IMG/VR virus record: IMGVR_UViG_3300020045_000485 | Coordinates: 1 to 37,810 of that record | Source: a virus | Lineage: Duplodnaviria; Caudoviricetes | DNA: 37,810 nucleotides | Strand: one strand, 5' to 3' | In this document: piece by piece, positions 6,911-16,983 of the stretch | Numbering within the stretch: position 1 is the stretch's first letter | Layout: each line of letters starts with the position of its first letter | Translations under genes and position numbers: made by a program | The notes under the pieces: model-generated | Seen by the model: the letters and a program-made list of their open reading frames with translations, nothing else | Told to the model about the DNA's origin: nothing | Databases searched by the model: none

Positions 6911-9900
6911 TTAGAAACCCGCAAGGTCTTTAACGTCTGTTAATCGGTCGTTAACGTCGTTTATGTCCGTTACTGCGACCACTGGTTTAAAGTCGATACT
7001 ATTAAGCGCGTCGATTACGTCGGCGTTACTGCTGCGGTTCGCGGTGTTGGTCGTGTCGGGCGTGTTGTCGCTCGGTACTATCCCGAGTAAATCCGCCGCG
7101 GTTAGCCCCTGCGGATTGTCATTTATGAAACGTACTAAATCCCCGTTCGCGGCGTAGCTTTTCTTATTAATCATATATTCGCCGCCTTCCGCTTCGTAGC
7201 CCAAACCTATATCGACGCCGCCTTCGGCGTGGCTTGGCCCGACTATTGGCCCCCCTTTGGCTAGCTTGGTTAATTGTTTTGTCATAATACCCACTTGGAT
7301 AAGCCCCAGCGCGCCCGTAATTCCTGCAATAACCAAACTTAGCGGGAACGGCAGCGTTAAAGCCTTGGTTACACCTTGGGCGGTGTTTGCAAAAGCCATG
7401 GCGATATTACCGATTAACTCGTTGCGCTTCATTTGCTTTTCTTTCTTGGCGATTTCGGCTTCGCGCTTTTCTTTCTCTTTGGCGAGTTTCTTTTCTTCCC
7501 TTATACTGTCATTTCGGGCGTGCATGGCGTCGGCTAATTGCGCCTTAAGAGCGTCCGCAGTTCCGCCCGTGGCCGCTTGTAAGCGGGCTTCGATGTCTTC
7601 GACGTTGGTAACTGCGTCTTCGCGGTTCTTTTGGGCTTCGGCGTACTTTTCGTTAACGACTTCTAGCTGGGCGGTCATGTCGTCGATTTGTACTTGGATA
7701 CCCATATTTACCGTGTCGACTATCCCGCTAATGGTTTCGCTAGCGACTTGGGCGTATGCCGCGATAACTCCCGCTATCTCTTTAATCGACTCCATTTGTG
7801 CGGCGTTCGCGTCCTGTGTATTTTGGACTTGCTCTTTTTGCGCGTCTTTTATGCGTTTGGTCGCGTTCAGTTGCGCGTCCGTGTATTTTTGAACCTCGGC
7901 CACGTACTCGGGCGTACCTTCTTTTAATCCCGCGAGCGTCGCTTCGTGCGCCGTGGTTAGGTCGGTTTGATACGTTTTAACACTGTCCACGTAAACCGCT
8001 AAGGCTTTGTTAGCTGCTGCGAAATTCGCGCGGGTTTGGTCGACGTCGATAAGTTTAAAGCCCGTTTTACTTCTAGCCACCAAGTCCCCGATTTTTTGTT
8101 CGGACGCACTGAGTAAACTATCTAAGGCGGCCAACTCGGCGCCCGCTTGCGCTTCGAGAGCGGCGGCGTTAAGTGCTGCCAGTTCCGCGTCTTGTTGCTT
8201 ACGCTTGTTTAGAATAATGCTTAAAATGTCCTCTCGCTGTTTGGCGGTAAGGTTCTTTTCAGTATCTAGGCGCGTTTGCAAGTCTTCGACCTCTCGGGTA
8301 TACTGGGCGTTTATTTCGGCGCGTTTGCGTTCGCCACCGCTCACAATTAAAGCCGTCTCGCTGTCTTGGGCTTGGCGGGTGGTTTCGCGTTGGGCTGCTG
8401 CTCGCTCCAAGTCTAGGGCTTTTAAATCCTTGTTTTGGATAAGAACCAGCGTTTTAATATTGTCGTTAATCGCTTCGCGTGCTTTGGCTGTAAGGTTCTT
8501 TTCAGTGGCTAATCGTTCCTTAAGGTCTTCGATATTTCGCGCGGTGGTTATTTGAATCGTTTTGCGTTCCCTTGCGTAGCTGTCGGCGATTATGGCGATA
8601 CGCGCGTCTTGTCCCGACCTAACGGCGGACAGTTCGGCGGCTCTCGCTTCTTTGGCTTTGTCTTCCCTAGTTTTGGCGAGGTCTTTGTCCTGCTTAACTC
8701 TTTGGGCCGCTACGACCTTCGCTTGGGCTTCGAGTTCCGCCTTTTCGGTGTTGAGGTCGACCGCTATTTTAACGCTTCGCCCTAGGTTGTCGATAGAACC
8801 TTGCACCGCCGTAATGGCGTCTTCGACTTTCACTTTATCGACTTTACCGTCTAGGTCGATGTCTAGTTTAACTTTGTCGTTGCCCTTGGCCTTTTCAATA
8901 TTCAACTTAAACAAGACCTTACGCAGTTCTTCAATTTTGGCGCGGTTGGCTTCGAGCGCTTCAAGTTCGGCGCTATAGAAGCCCCTTTGTTCCGCGTTGG
9001 CGAACTCCCTTTCGTTGTTAAGTTTGTCTTCGGCTTTACGTATGTCTTCGACCTTTGCCCCGCGGGCGTTAAGTACTGCGAGCGTCGTTTCGAGTTCTTT
9101 AACTCGGGCGCTGCTTACCTCTTTTAGTTTCTCGGCTTCACGGTCTAGCTGGTCGAGGTATTCACTTTGTATGGCGTTTAGTTCGGTTTGGTTTTCGGCG
9201 GCTTCGTCGGAACTGCTGGCGAACGCATAAAGCGCCCCGACCACGGCCACGAGTGCCAAGGCTAGAAGGACGTAAGGGTTAGCCGCTGCCGCCGCATTTA
9301 AAAGCCATTGCGCCGCGGTGGCTGCGATTGTCCCTTTAGTGCTTAGGGCTTCCGCCGCTGTCTTGGCTTTTAGTTGTATGGTTCGCACGCCCTCGATAAC
9401 CGACGCGGCCGTGTTTTGGATAACATTTTCTTTAACGACTGCGTTATAGGCTTCTTCGGCCACGGTCGCCAAAGCCAAGACCCCCGCCAGTTGTTCGGAA
9501 GACTGGGCCACGGCGTCGGTGGTTGCCCCGAACGCGTCGAGCGCATCGCTAGACCCCACCACGTTAGCCCCAAGGCTTACGGAACTTTTAGAGGCCATTT
9601 CGAATTTATCCTTTAAATCGTTAAGCCCCTTAATGCCCTTTTCGTAGTTCCCGACACTGTCGCGAAAGTTCCCCGTACTCTCGCGAAGGGCTTTATATTC
9701 GACGTCTAGCGCTTGTATCTGCGCGAGCATCTTACCGCCTTGCTCTTCGTCAATACGCTGCGCCGCGGTTAGACTTTCGTACTCGTTGCGTAAGTCGGTT
9801 AGCTGCATACCCATTTGACGGATAGACCCTTCGGCTAAATTGTTTACGGCTATGTTTCGCGTCGTCTCGCGGGTGCGCTCGCGTAGTTCGATATTAGCTT

Positions 9901-10165
9901 CGATTTGCGCGCGGTTGGCGTCGCTGTTTACTTGTTCGATACGCTTTTGGGTGTCGGCTAATTTCTTGGCCGCCTTTTCTTCTTCGCTAAGCGCTTGGGT
10001 CGTCTTCTTGGTCTCGGTCGTTAACTTCGTGGAAGTCTCGCGGTTTTTGGACAAGGACACGTCGAGCGCTGCGAGCGTCTCTTCTAACTTTGTAACGTCT
10101 TTAATGTTTTGGGCTATGCCGTTAATCTTTAACGTATATTCTTTTTTTCCCGTACTAGTTGCCAT
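6911..10165 (-). CDS. Tape measure protein
   Basis: 1084 aa, helical and Ala-rich; contains VGNYEK, QWLLNAAAAANPY plus a TM segment, and C-terminal LAKGGPIVGPSHAEGGV...EAEGGE motifs. Confidence 0.9.
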   Translation of the reverse strand: MATSTGKKEYTLKINGIAQNIKDVTKLEETLAALDVSLSKNRETSTKLTTETKKTTQALSEEEKAAKKLADTQKRIEQVNSDANRAQIEANIELRERTRETTRNIAVNNLAEGSIRQMGMQLTDLRNEYESLTAAQRIDEEQGGKMLAQIQALDVEYKALRESTGNFRDSVGNYEKGIKGLNDLKDKFEMASKSSVSLGANVVGSSDALDAFGATTDAVAQSSEQLAGVLALATVAEEAYNAVVKENVIQNTAASVIEGVRTIQLKAKTAAEALSTKGTIAATAAQWLLNAAAAANPYVLLALALVAVVGALYAFASSSDEAAENQTELNAIQSEYLDQLDREAEKLKEVSSARVKELETTLAVLNARGAKVEDIRKAEDKLNNEREFANAEQRGFYSAELEALEANRAKIEELRKVLFKLNIEKAKGNDKVKLDIDLDGKVDKVKVEDAITAVQGSIDNLGRSVKIAVDLNTEKAELEAQAKVVAAQRVKQDKDLAKTREDKAKEARAAELSAVRSGQDARIAIIADSYARERKTIQITTARNIEDLKERLATEKNLTAKAREAINDNIKTLVLIQNKDLKALDLERAAAQRETTRQAQDSETALIVSGGERKRAEINAQYTREVEDLQTRLDTEKNLTAKQREDILSIILNKRKQQDAELAALNAAALEAQAGAELAALDSLLSASEQKIGDLVARSKTGFKLIDVDQTRANFAAANKALAVYVDSVKTYQTDLTTAHEATLAGLKEGTPEYVAEVQKYTDAQLNATKRIKDAQKEQVQNTQDANAAQMESIKEIAGVIAAYAQVASETISGIVDTVNMGIQVQIDDMTAQLEVVNEKYAEAQKNREDAVTNVEDIEARLQAATGGTADALKAQLADAMHARNDSIREEKKLAKEKEKREAEIAKKEKQMKRNELIGNIAMAFANTAQGVTKALTLPFPLSLVIAGITGALGLIQVGIMTKQLTKLAKGGPIVGPSHAEGGVDIGLGYEAEGGEYMINKKSYAANGDLVRFINDNPQGLTAADLLGIVPSDNTPDTTNTANRSSNADVIDALNSIDFKPVVAVTDINDVNDRLTDVKDLAGF

Positions 10166-10168
10166 AAG

Positions 10169-13100
10169 TTAGATTTTTCGAATTAATTTAATTTTTGTTT
10201 TGTTGCGCCCGTTCGGGTCGTAGGCCCCGAGTTCCGCGACGAAGTACATGTCGCCGTTAAACATCGCCATAATCGAACCGTCTAACGCTTGGTACTGGGC
10301 GGGCGTTAAGTAGCCCTCGACTTCGGTATAGTGGGACGACCCGTTTATTAAAAGCGTAAAATAATTATCTAGGATAGTATATTTTGCGTTCTTGTAACTT
10401 AAATAACTGAGTCCCGCGATTTCGTTTTTAACCGCCGCGATTTGTAGGTCGTCGCCGTTAAATTCAAAGGACGCGCCCGAGTCGTTCAGTAGTCCGCCGT
10501 AATACCAAAAGCGAAACGCTAAATCGGTGTAGCGCTTTTGCATCGCTTCGGGGTAAGGCATACCCGCGGCCCATACGTCGGCTTTAGAAATAACCGCCAA
10601 GCTAAACGGATACGTTCCGCCGTCTTCTACCTTGCTTATCTCTTTTAACCAGTTATACGAAAAGTTACTGGTTTGCTCGACAACCGTATCGCTTAACGCG
10701 CCAGTCTCGAAAGACCCGCCGCCGTCGTCGCCACTAATGGCGAAGCCCTCTTCGTCCTTGTCGACCGTGAAGCCGATTTTATAGGCGAACGGAAGACCTA
10801 ACGGCGAGTTACTGCGGTCTTTCACGCTGGCGAGGTTGTCCAAGTTTATAAACTGACTGCTTACCGCCGTTTTGCTTTGCTTTATGTCCAACGAAAAGGC
10901 GTTCGTCCCGATTTGGGACAGGCGCAAATTATACGCTTTACAAAAGTTTTCGATATAGTCGTCGGTCTTGACGTCGGCGCTTAAGAACCCCACTAGGTTA
11001 ATGCTGTCCGTATCAAAATTAACGGGGTCGTTCCAGTCCATAACGTCGGTACCGTTCCCGTTTAGGTCGACTTTTAGCCAATCTTTATCTGTGCGGAAGG
11101 GTTGCACGCTTAAGTCGAAGTCGATGTCGTGGGATACCCAGCCGTATGTTGTGTGCATACCGTTTTGTCGGTACTTGCCGTCGCTGGCTACGGACGCCAC
11201 GGTTAAGAGTTCGCCAGCTTCTAACCAAACTACGCCGCTACTTTTGCCCTCGGCGTACCAGTTACCATCTGCGGGGCTTCCGTGGTACTGCCCGCGTTTC
11301 GCGAAATTCGCAGGGGCGTTAATTAGTTCTATTTCGTACTTATCGGTTAACTCCCAGTCGATAACCTCTTCGCTGCCGTCTTCGATTTGTCGCGAAATTA
11401 CCAGCGTCCCGTCGACGTCAAAGTCGGGGGTCGTTAAGTATAACGTTAACTTCGGGTCGACCGTCAACAACGGCGCAAACGTGCTGCTAAAAGTCGCCAC
11501 GCCGCCAACGAAAGGCACGCGGAGCAAATACGCCGAGGTCGCCCCGTCATGTACGTAGGCGTAACCTTCGTACCCGTCTGCGGGGTCTGTCTCTATCCTG
11601 TACGTGTAGAACCTCGCCAAGTCGAAGCGGTTAAGTATAACGTTACCGTCTGCGGAACTGTCCGCGGTTATTGTCATGGGACTATCTACGCGACCCGATA
11701 TACGCACGTATGCAGCATCGAAGGGCGCGTTAACTGGCTCGTCGGTGTAGGTAACGGCAGGGTCGCCCGTCGAAGGGCCTTGTATGCCGTACCCGATAAA
11801 CTGCAAATTTATATCATAAAAGGCAGTAATAGCCACGTCGGGGCCGTCGGACACCACGGAACTAAAAGCCACGTTTGAATATTCCGCGAGGTCTAAGAAG
11901 TCCGAGACTTCCCAGTCCACACTTGGCGACTGGAAGCCCGTGTTAATGTCCAAGAAGTACCCGTCTATCCTTACCCCGATATTCCCAAAGCTGGGGGTCG
12001 TCGGGTTGCCTTGCGCGTCTAACACTTTACCCGTGGCAAACGGCCCCGCGCTATAGTCTAAATCCGTGTTCGGGTTGTCGCCTTCGTTGTCAAAGTCGCC
12101 TATACGTCCATATTTCCAATACCCCAAGGACTTAACCGCTAACCGCGTTACCTTGTCCGCACTGGCGGCAGCGTCCCAGCTTAACGCGGGCTTAGACACC
12201 AAAATTTGGTCGTTCGGGCCTGTCGGCGCTTTAGGGTTAAAGAAGTCCGACGAGTCGGTCGACCCAAAGTTAAAGCCCATTAAGTGCGCGCTATCCTGTA
12301 AAGCGTCCACAAAGTTAGTGCCGCCGTTGCTGTACTGCGGGAAGTACTTAGGTATGTTTTCACTATCAAAAACTTTCGTTTGTGGCTGGTTATCGTAATA
12401 GAAAACCCCGTTTAGTTTAGGGTCGCCCAAGCCAAAAGCCGCCGTCCCTTTGTCGCGACATAATCGGACTTCGTACATATTGCCCGAAAAATTATTATTA
12501 GTATTTTGCGTCTCGCCGCCCATGTGTTGCACGCCTGTAAAGCCGTCTGTAGTTCGCCACGCGTAAGCGTCCGAGACCTTAAGGTTAGCGTTAAACTCAA
12601 CTTTATAAAAGCCCGCCACTGGGATACGGATTTGGGCCTGTACGAAAGTTCGCCCCGTGCTGTCGTCGATTTCCTTGTATAGCACGTTCCCGCCCGTGTC
12701 TTCCAAAACGTTTAACAGGGTGTTAGTAGCGTCGAAGAAGTCGCACGCGTAAACGTGGCCGCTCAGGTCGTCGCCTTGGTTAACGCCGCGTTCTAGTTGT
12801 TCGGCGCTGGTGCGCTTGTTATACCTAGACGACCACGACCCCGTAATATGTATTTTTGCATGCTGCCCGTAATTCCACGGCGGCGTGTAGGTGTCGGCAT
12901 TTTTATAAGATTGATAAAGAAGCGCCAGTCTATTGTCGTTAAAGGCCGTGCCTTGTAAGTCGTAGCCCTGCGCGTTAAAAATATGCTTAAGCATTTTAAG
13001 CGGGTTAATCGACGGCAATAAGTCGGACATTCCCAGTCTAACGGTATAGTCCCAAACGTCGCGCGCGCTGTACGTGTTGCCGTCTTTTGTTAACGGTAAC

Positions 13101-13597
13101 TTCGGCATAACGCCGTAAAGCGTGTACGGGAATATTGCCGCCTGTGGTTCGGTGGCCGCCGCTAGGTTGTACAAGTTTACCGAAGTGGCGAAGTCTTCGA
13201 AGTCGATACGGTACTCGGGGTTTTCGTTTAGTTTGATTTCGCCGAAAATGTCTTTTACCGTCTTGGCGACTGGGACATATAAATTACCTTTATAATCGCC
13301 GCTAATGTCCGCCATTCGAAAAAAGCCCTTAGACCCTGCGGGCGGAAATACGCGGATACTGTTAACGATAAGTTCGGCCGTATATTCTCGGTTAAACTTG
13401 TCGCGCGTCTCTTCCACATTCGAGTAACCGAAAATCGCGTGGTTAATGTCGGACGGGGGCAAAGTTATGCCGTAACTAAACTGCGCGTCCTTCGTGTTTA
13501 ATTCGCTTGGGTTTAGTAGCTGGCGACTTAGGCGTATGCCAAAATCTTTGCCGACGTCCGCCCGTTGCCCGTTAATTATTAATTCGATGTTAGTCAT
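10169..13597 (-). CDS. Large minor tail / tail-tip hub protein
   Basis: IELIINGQRAD...FSYGITLP N-terminus and a terminal KTKIKLIRK strand typical of Bacteroidota siphovirus tail proteins; acidic, beta-rich central inserts. Confidence 0.7.
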   Translation of the reverse strand: MTNIELIINGQRADVGKDFGIRLSRQLLNPSELNTKDAQFSYGITLPPSDINHAIFGYSNVEETRDKFNREYTAELIVNSIRVFPPAGSKGFFRMADISGDYKGNLYVPVAKTVKDIFGEIKLNENPEYRIDFEDFATSVNLYNLAAATEPQAAIFPYTLYGVMPKLPLTKDGNTYSARDVWDYTVRLGMSDLLPSINPLKMLKHIFNAQGYDLQGTAFNDNRLALLYQSYKNADTYTPPWNYGQHAKIHITGSWSSRYNKRTSAEQLERGVNQGDDLSGHVYACDFFDATNTLLNVLEDTGGNVLYKEIDDSTGRTFVQAQIRIPVAGFYKVEFNANLKVSDAYAWRTTDGFTGVQHMGGETQNTNNNFSGNMYEVRLCRDKGTAAFGLGDPKLNGVFYYDNQPQTKVFDSENIPKYFPQYSNGGTNFVDALQDSAHLMGFNFGSTDSSDFFNPKAPTGPNDQILVSKPALSWDAAASADKVTRLAVKSLGYWKYGRIGDFDNEGDNPNTDLDYSAGPFATGKVLDAQGNPTTPSFGNIGVRIDGYFLDINTGFQSPSVDWEVSDFLDLAEYSNVAFSSVVSDGPDVAITAFYDINLQFIGYGIQGPSTGDPAVTYTDEPVNAPFDAAYVRISGRVDSPMTITADSSADGNVILNRFDLARFYTYRIETDPADGYEGYAYVHDGATSAYLLRVPFVGGVATFSSTFAPLLTVDPKLTLYLTTPDFDVDGTLVISRQIEDGSEEVIDWELTDKYEIELINAPANFAKRGQYHGSPADGNWYAEGKSSGVVWLEAGELLTVASVASDGKYRQNGMHTTYGWVSHDIDFDLSVQPFRTDKDWLKVDLNGNGTDVMDWNDPVNFDTDSINLVGFLSADVKTDDYIENFCKAYNLRLSQIGTNAFSLDIKQSKTAVSSQFINLDNLASVKDRSNSPLGLPFAYKIGFTVDKDEEGFAISGDDGGGSFETGALSDTVVEQTSNFSYNWLKEISKVEDGGTYPFSLAVISKADVWAAGMPYPEAMQKRYTDLAFRFWYYGGLLNDSGASFEFNGDDLQIAAVKNEIAGLSYLSYKNAKYTILDNYFTLLINGSSHYTEVEGYLTPAQYQALDGSIMAMFNGDMYFVAELGAYDPNGRNKTKIKLIRKI

Positions 13598-15161
13598 TTG
13601 TGGAATATTTTAAGGTCGGTACTTGCATATTTTTAGACGCTGCCGTTACGCTTATCGTAAAGTCTTCTTTTATAATATAGTTGCCCTCGTCGTCTAAAAC
13701 GATTTTCGCGGCCGCTAACTCTTTTATCCATAAAGCCACCTCGTCCGATACGGGCGCACCTTCCGCCGTGTACGTGTCCGAAACCGTTACACTGTAAACC
13801 GTTTCTAAACTTTCGCCGCGCTTAAAGTCGGGCGTTAACGTTTTGGTATAAGTGTCTTGCTCGGGTTTGATGTCGTTTTTTAGTTTGGTGTTGAAATTAA
13901 AGCTATCCCACCCGCCCAGCTTGTTAACGAAGCTAAACGCTTTTAAGTCGTGCAAACTATCGGGGCGGATATTGTACTCTAAATCGCTAGATATTAAAAC
14001 CTCGCCGCGCGCTAAACTTACGCGAAGTATTCCCGCTTTAGGGTACGCGTCCAGTACGGCGTCGATACTTAGCACGCAAGTATTAACGACCGCCAAGGTC
14101 GCCACGCTCACGGTATTAAAATACATTACGCCCAAATATAAATCGCTCGTCGAATAAACACGGTACGCGATACGTAAATCGCCAGTCGCCCGTCCTTTTT
14201 TAAATATGAAGTTTAAATATTCCTTTTGCCCGCGCACGTAATCGGTGCGGGGCTTGTTAGTTAATAATTGTATAGGCGTGTCTTCGTAAATGTACGGCGT
14301 CAAGTCCATATTTTCGGACGGCTTGGCGTACCCGTTAATAACGAATAGCGCGTTAGACTGGTAAAACGTAAACGAATTATCGCCCCTAACCTTGGCGGCG
14401 AAGCGAAACACGCGGGCCGTGCCTGTGTTAAACCAACCCGAAGCGGGCGGGACGTTGTAACCGCCGTACTGCGCGTTAAGCGCGTTAAGTTCAAACCACG
14501 CAGGGACACCCGCATAAGTTTTTTGTAACGATGTCGCATAGGTTCCAATCTTGGCAGCGGTTAGCGGCCTGTCGTCTTCGCCTAGCGATACCGCAGGGCT
14601 GGCGTATATGTCGAGTTCGATTTCTGCGGTGCTTTCTTCGCCGCTTATACTGTCGTTATTTGTTGAGGTTGCACTAACAAAAGCAATCGTATAGGCTACG
14701 TCTGCGGTGTTGTTCGGGGCGGTTATCGTTATGATAAAAGCCGCGCCCGCGCCTTTGCTTTTTATGTTAAGCGTCTCGCCGTTAATCAGTGCGCCACCCG
14801 CCCAAGTCGCGGGAATTATTACGCTAAAGTTTGCGTTAATCCAACGGTTTGTAAGTATCGCTTGTCTTAAGTTTTCGGCGGTGTCCGACTTGGTGGCGCT
14901 TACCAAGAAAACCGCCCCGCTCACTTCGTCGGGGTCTGTGGTTCCGTGGAACTCGTGAACTTCGCCCGAAGGTTCGGTTACGCGTATAATGGTCGCAGCC
15001 CCTAAAGTTGGCGTCGAAGGTAGCGCGTTAATTTTAACGGTAGCTTCTAAATATGTTTTAACCGCGGGTTTGCTCGCAAATGTTACGAAGTTCGGCGAGT
15101 TGCTTAACGATACCGTTTTCGGTTCGGTTATTATGGCGATGTCTTTCGAGGTGTAGCCCAT
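13590..15161 (-). CDS. Minor tail protein (distal-tail-like)
   Basis: C-terminal FVNKLGGWDSFNF...WIKEL motif; located in the tail operon. Confidence 0.65.
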   Translation of the reverse strand: MGYTSKDIAIITEPKTVSLSNSPNFVTFASKPAVKTYLEATVKINALPSTPTLGAATIIRVTEPSGEVHEFHGTTDPDEVSGAVFLVSATKSDTAENLRQAILTNRWINANFSVIIPATWAGGALINGETLNIKSKGAGAAFIITITAPNNTADVAYTIAFVSATSTNNDSISGEESTAEIELDIYASPAVSLGEDDRPLTAAKIGTYATSLQKTYAGVPAWFELNALNAQYGGYNVPPASGWFNTGTARVFRFAAKVRGDNSFTFYQSNALFVINGYAKPSENMDLTPYIYEDTPIQLLTNKPRTDYVRGQKEYLNFIFKKGRATGDLRIAYRVYSTSDLYLGVMYFNTVSVATLAVVNTCVLSIDAVLDAYPKAGILRVSLARGEVLISSDLEYNIRPDSLHDLKAFSFVNKLGGWDSFNFNTKLKNDIKPEQDTYTKTLTPDFKRGESLETVYSVTVSDTYTAEGAPVSDEVALWIKELAAAKIVLDDEGNYIIKEDFTISVTAASKNMQVPTLKYSTND

Positions 15162-15164
15162 TGT

Positions 15165-15644
15165 CTAGTCGTTAAAAAATTTATCTAAGTTATCCACTAT
15201 GTTTGTAAATAGGTCGTCCGCCCAATCTGTGGTAAATAGGTCGTCCGTGTGCGCGTCTATAGTTGCAAAGATAGGGCGGCCCGCGTGGCCGTCTCGCCAA
15301 ATGGCGGTCGAGATAGCCCAAAGCGTCCCCGCGTCTGTAGGTATCCCGTTTTTCTGCGCCCAGTCTTTTAACTCGCTTATCGGGGGTTTCTTGCCATACT
15401 TGGCGGGTCTGTCCCATTCCAAGTAAACCACGTAATTATTAAAAAGCGCTTGGATAACTGCGTCTTCGCCGAAACTTTGCCCGACGGTAACGAATAGGTC
15501 GCCTTTTAGCGCGCTATCTTTTAAGGTGTTGCGCCCTACCTTTGTATTTACGCCGACGCTGTCGTCTTCCATTACTAAGGTAGCCAAGGCGAGCAAGTCG
15601 TCGGCTATGCGAAGCGTCGCTTGTCTTACCCCTTCCGCGCTCAT
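15165..15644 (-). CDS. Neck/tail completion protein (HK97 gp10-like)
   Basis: PPISELKDWAQKNGI...AISTAIWRDG..GRP motif. Confidence 0.65.
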   Translation of the reverse strand: MSAEGVRQATLRIADDLLALATLVMEDDSVGVNTKVGRNTLKDSALKGDLFVTVGQSFGEDAVIQALFNNYVVYLEWDRPAKYGKKPPISELKDWAQKNGIPTDAGTLWAISTAIWRDGHAGRPIFATIDAHTDDLFTTDWADDLFTNIVDNLDKFFND

Positions 15645-16168
15645 ATATCGATTTTAAAATTTGGAAGTCCGCCCTTTTCACTAAAGACCGCGCAGCCGTC
15701 GGGGTTGTCCACGACAAAGTCGGGGAAGCCTTCGACGTTCGGGAATTGTTTAGCGGGGTCGAAGTATTCTTCGCACTTACTAACGGGCGACGCTGAAATT
15801 ATTTGATACGTGAAACGCACGCCCGCCGCGTCGTTGTCGTAGTACTCGCAAAGCGTAATAAAAGTGTATCCCGAAACCCTAAAGACCCCGCGCGTTTCTT
15901 TTATCTTTTGCCAGTAACTTAGCCCCACCATAAAGGCGGCGTCTTGTATTTGTTGGACGCTGGCGGTCTCGTCGGGTATCCCCGTTATGTCCACGTTACA
16001 CGTGTAGGTAATCGTGTCGCCGTTGGATACCCCCAAAATTGGGTCGTCCAAATGCGTAAGCGGGAAGACCTCGTTACCCGCGCCCTCGTTTACTTTGCGC
16101 CCGTATATAAAACCCTTAACGACTTTGTTTTGTCGGGCGAGTTCATACCATAAATTAACTATCTGCAT
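15641..16168 (-). CDS. Putative tail terminator protein
   Basis: Size, position, and FPLTH...D.AAGV.F...C pattern. Confidence 0.55.
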   Translation of the reverse strand: MQIVNLWYELARQNKVVKGFIYGRKVNEGAGNEVFPLTHLDDPILGVSNGDTITYTCNVDITGIPDETASVQQIQDAAFMVGLSYWQKIKETRGVFRVSGYTFITLCEYYDNDAAGVRFTYQIISASPVSKCEEYFDPAKQFPNVEGFPDFVVDNPDGCAVFSEKGGLPNFKIDI

Positions 16169-16451
16169 GGTGTCTACTTTTAGCGATGAATTTATCTAAT
16201 TTCTTTTGCGCGTCTTCCGCGACGCTTTTGTCTTTTGAGTATTGCAAGAAAGTAAGTACTTCCGTAACTGGTTTTTCAATAATAGCGTCAAAGCGTAGTA
16301 ACGAATTATCGGCCAAATCCGCAATAATCTTATACCACCCGTACGCCTTAGCAAACTGCTTATACTCGGGTGCGACTGGTCGGCTGCTAGCTTTAGGCTC
16401 AAATACGCCGCGGTATGTGCTTCGGATTGTTGCCTGTAGTGCAAAAAAAAA
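16155..16451 (-). CDS. Tail assembly chaperone -1 frameshift extension (gpGT-like, about 256 aa product from 16924)
   Basis: After T TTT TTT (16451-16445) the -1 frame reads FALQATIRSTYRGVFEPK...FAKAYGWYKIIADLADNSLLRFDAIIEKPVTEVLTFLQYSKDK...HHADS-stop at 16157-16155. The frame has no ATG of its own. Confidence 0.75.
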   Translation of the reverse strand, partial: FFFALQATIRSTYRGVFEPKASSRPVAPEYKQFAKAYGWYKIIADLADNSLLRFDAIIEKPVTEVLTFLQYSKDKSVAEDAQKKLDKFIAKSRHHADS

Positions 16452-16924
16452 GCAAGCACGCCGAGTACTTTACTAACTGGAAGCGCGGCAAACATCGCCG
16501 CCCGCTCTTCGTTTTGGCGGTGGTTATAGGTTTCGCCCGCGGGTCTGCATACAATCGCTAGCACGTTGCTCAAAACGGCGTCGCTATTCTTTTGCACGTC
16601 GTCCGCGTCGATATACTCGCCGAGTAGTAACTCGTCTTCGATAGCTATAAAGTAGCGCACCCCTTCGACCTCAACAAAAGAGACGGGCGCGGTCGTGTCT
16701 TCTTCAAATATGAAGGACGCAAAGCCCACGACTTTATTAAAGACTTCGGTAGGCCACCCAAGAAGTAACTCGGGGTCTATTCCGCAAATGTTTGCTATCT
16801 GTGTTACCCGCTCGCGGTGCGTCTGCGGCTTAGCTTTGTGGAACTTTTCGTAAACCCCCAAGCTAACGTCGTCCCAGCTTTGCGGGACTTCTATTTTTAC
16901 GTCGTTGTATTCAATTTTTACCAT
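16196..16924 (-). CDS. Tail assembly chaperone (gpG-like, 0-frame product, 242 aa)
   Basis: VPQSWDDVSLG.Y, LGEYID, LAIVCRP and AFF motifs; a T9 slippery run lies at the AFF codons. Confidence 0.75.
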   Translation of the reverse strand: MVKIEYNDVKIEVPQSWDDVSLGVYEKFHKAKPQTHRERVTQIANICGIDPELLLGWPTEVFNKVVGFASFIFEEDTTAPVSFVEVEGVRYFIAIEDELLLGEYIDADDVQKNSDAVLSNVLAIVCRPAGETYNHRQNEERAAMFAALPVSKVLGVLAFFLHYRQQSEAHTAAYLSLKLAADQSHPSISSLLRRTGGIRLLRIWPIIRYYALTLLLKNQLRKYLLSCNTQKTKASRKTRKRN

Positions 16925-16983
16925 AGTTTAAAGATAATTAAGCCCTTTTTTATCCTTACATAACATCATTAAACATAAAAGAA
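16925..16983. promoter_or_regulatory. Divergent late promoter region (TATCTTTA-N4-ATG on minus; TATCCTTA on plus)
   Basis: Minus-strand TATCTTTA at 16936-16929 precedes the chaperone ATG. Plus-strand tttttTATCCTTAca at 16951-16958 precedes the portal gene. Confidence 0.6.

Noticed and set aside
6880-6924. Extended protease N-terminus from 6924
   Set aside because: It overlaps the tape measure stop and runs through the AT-rich late motif. ATG 6879 fits better.
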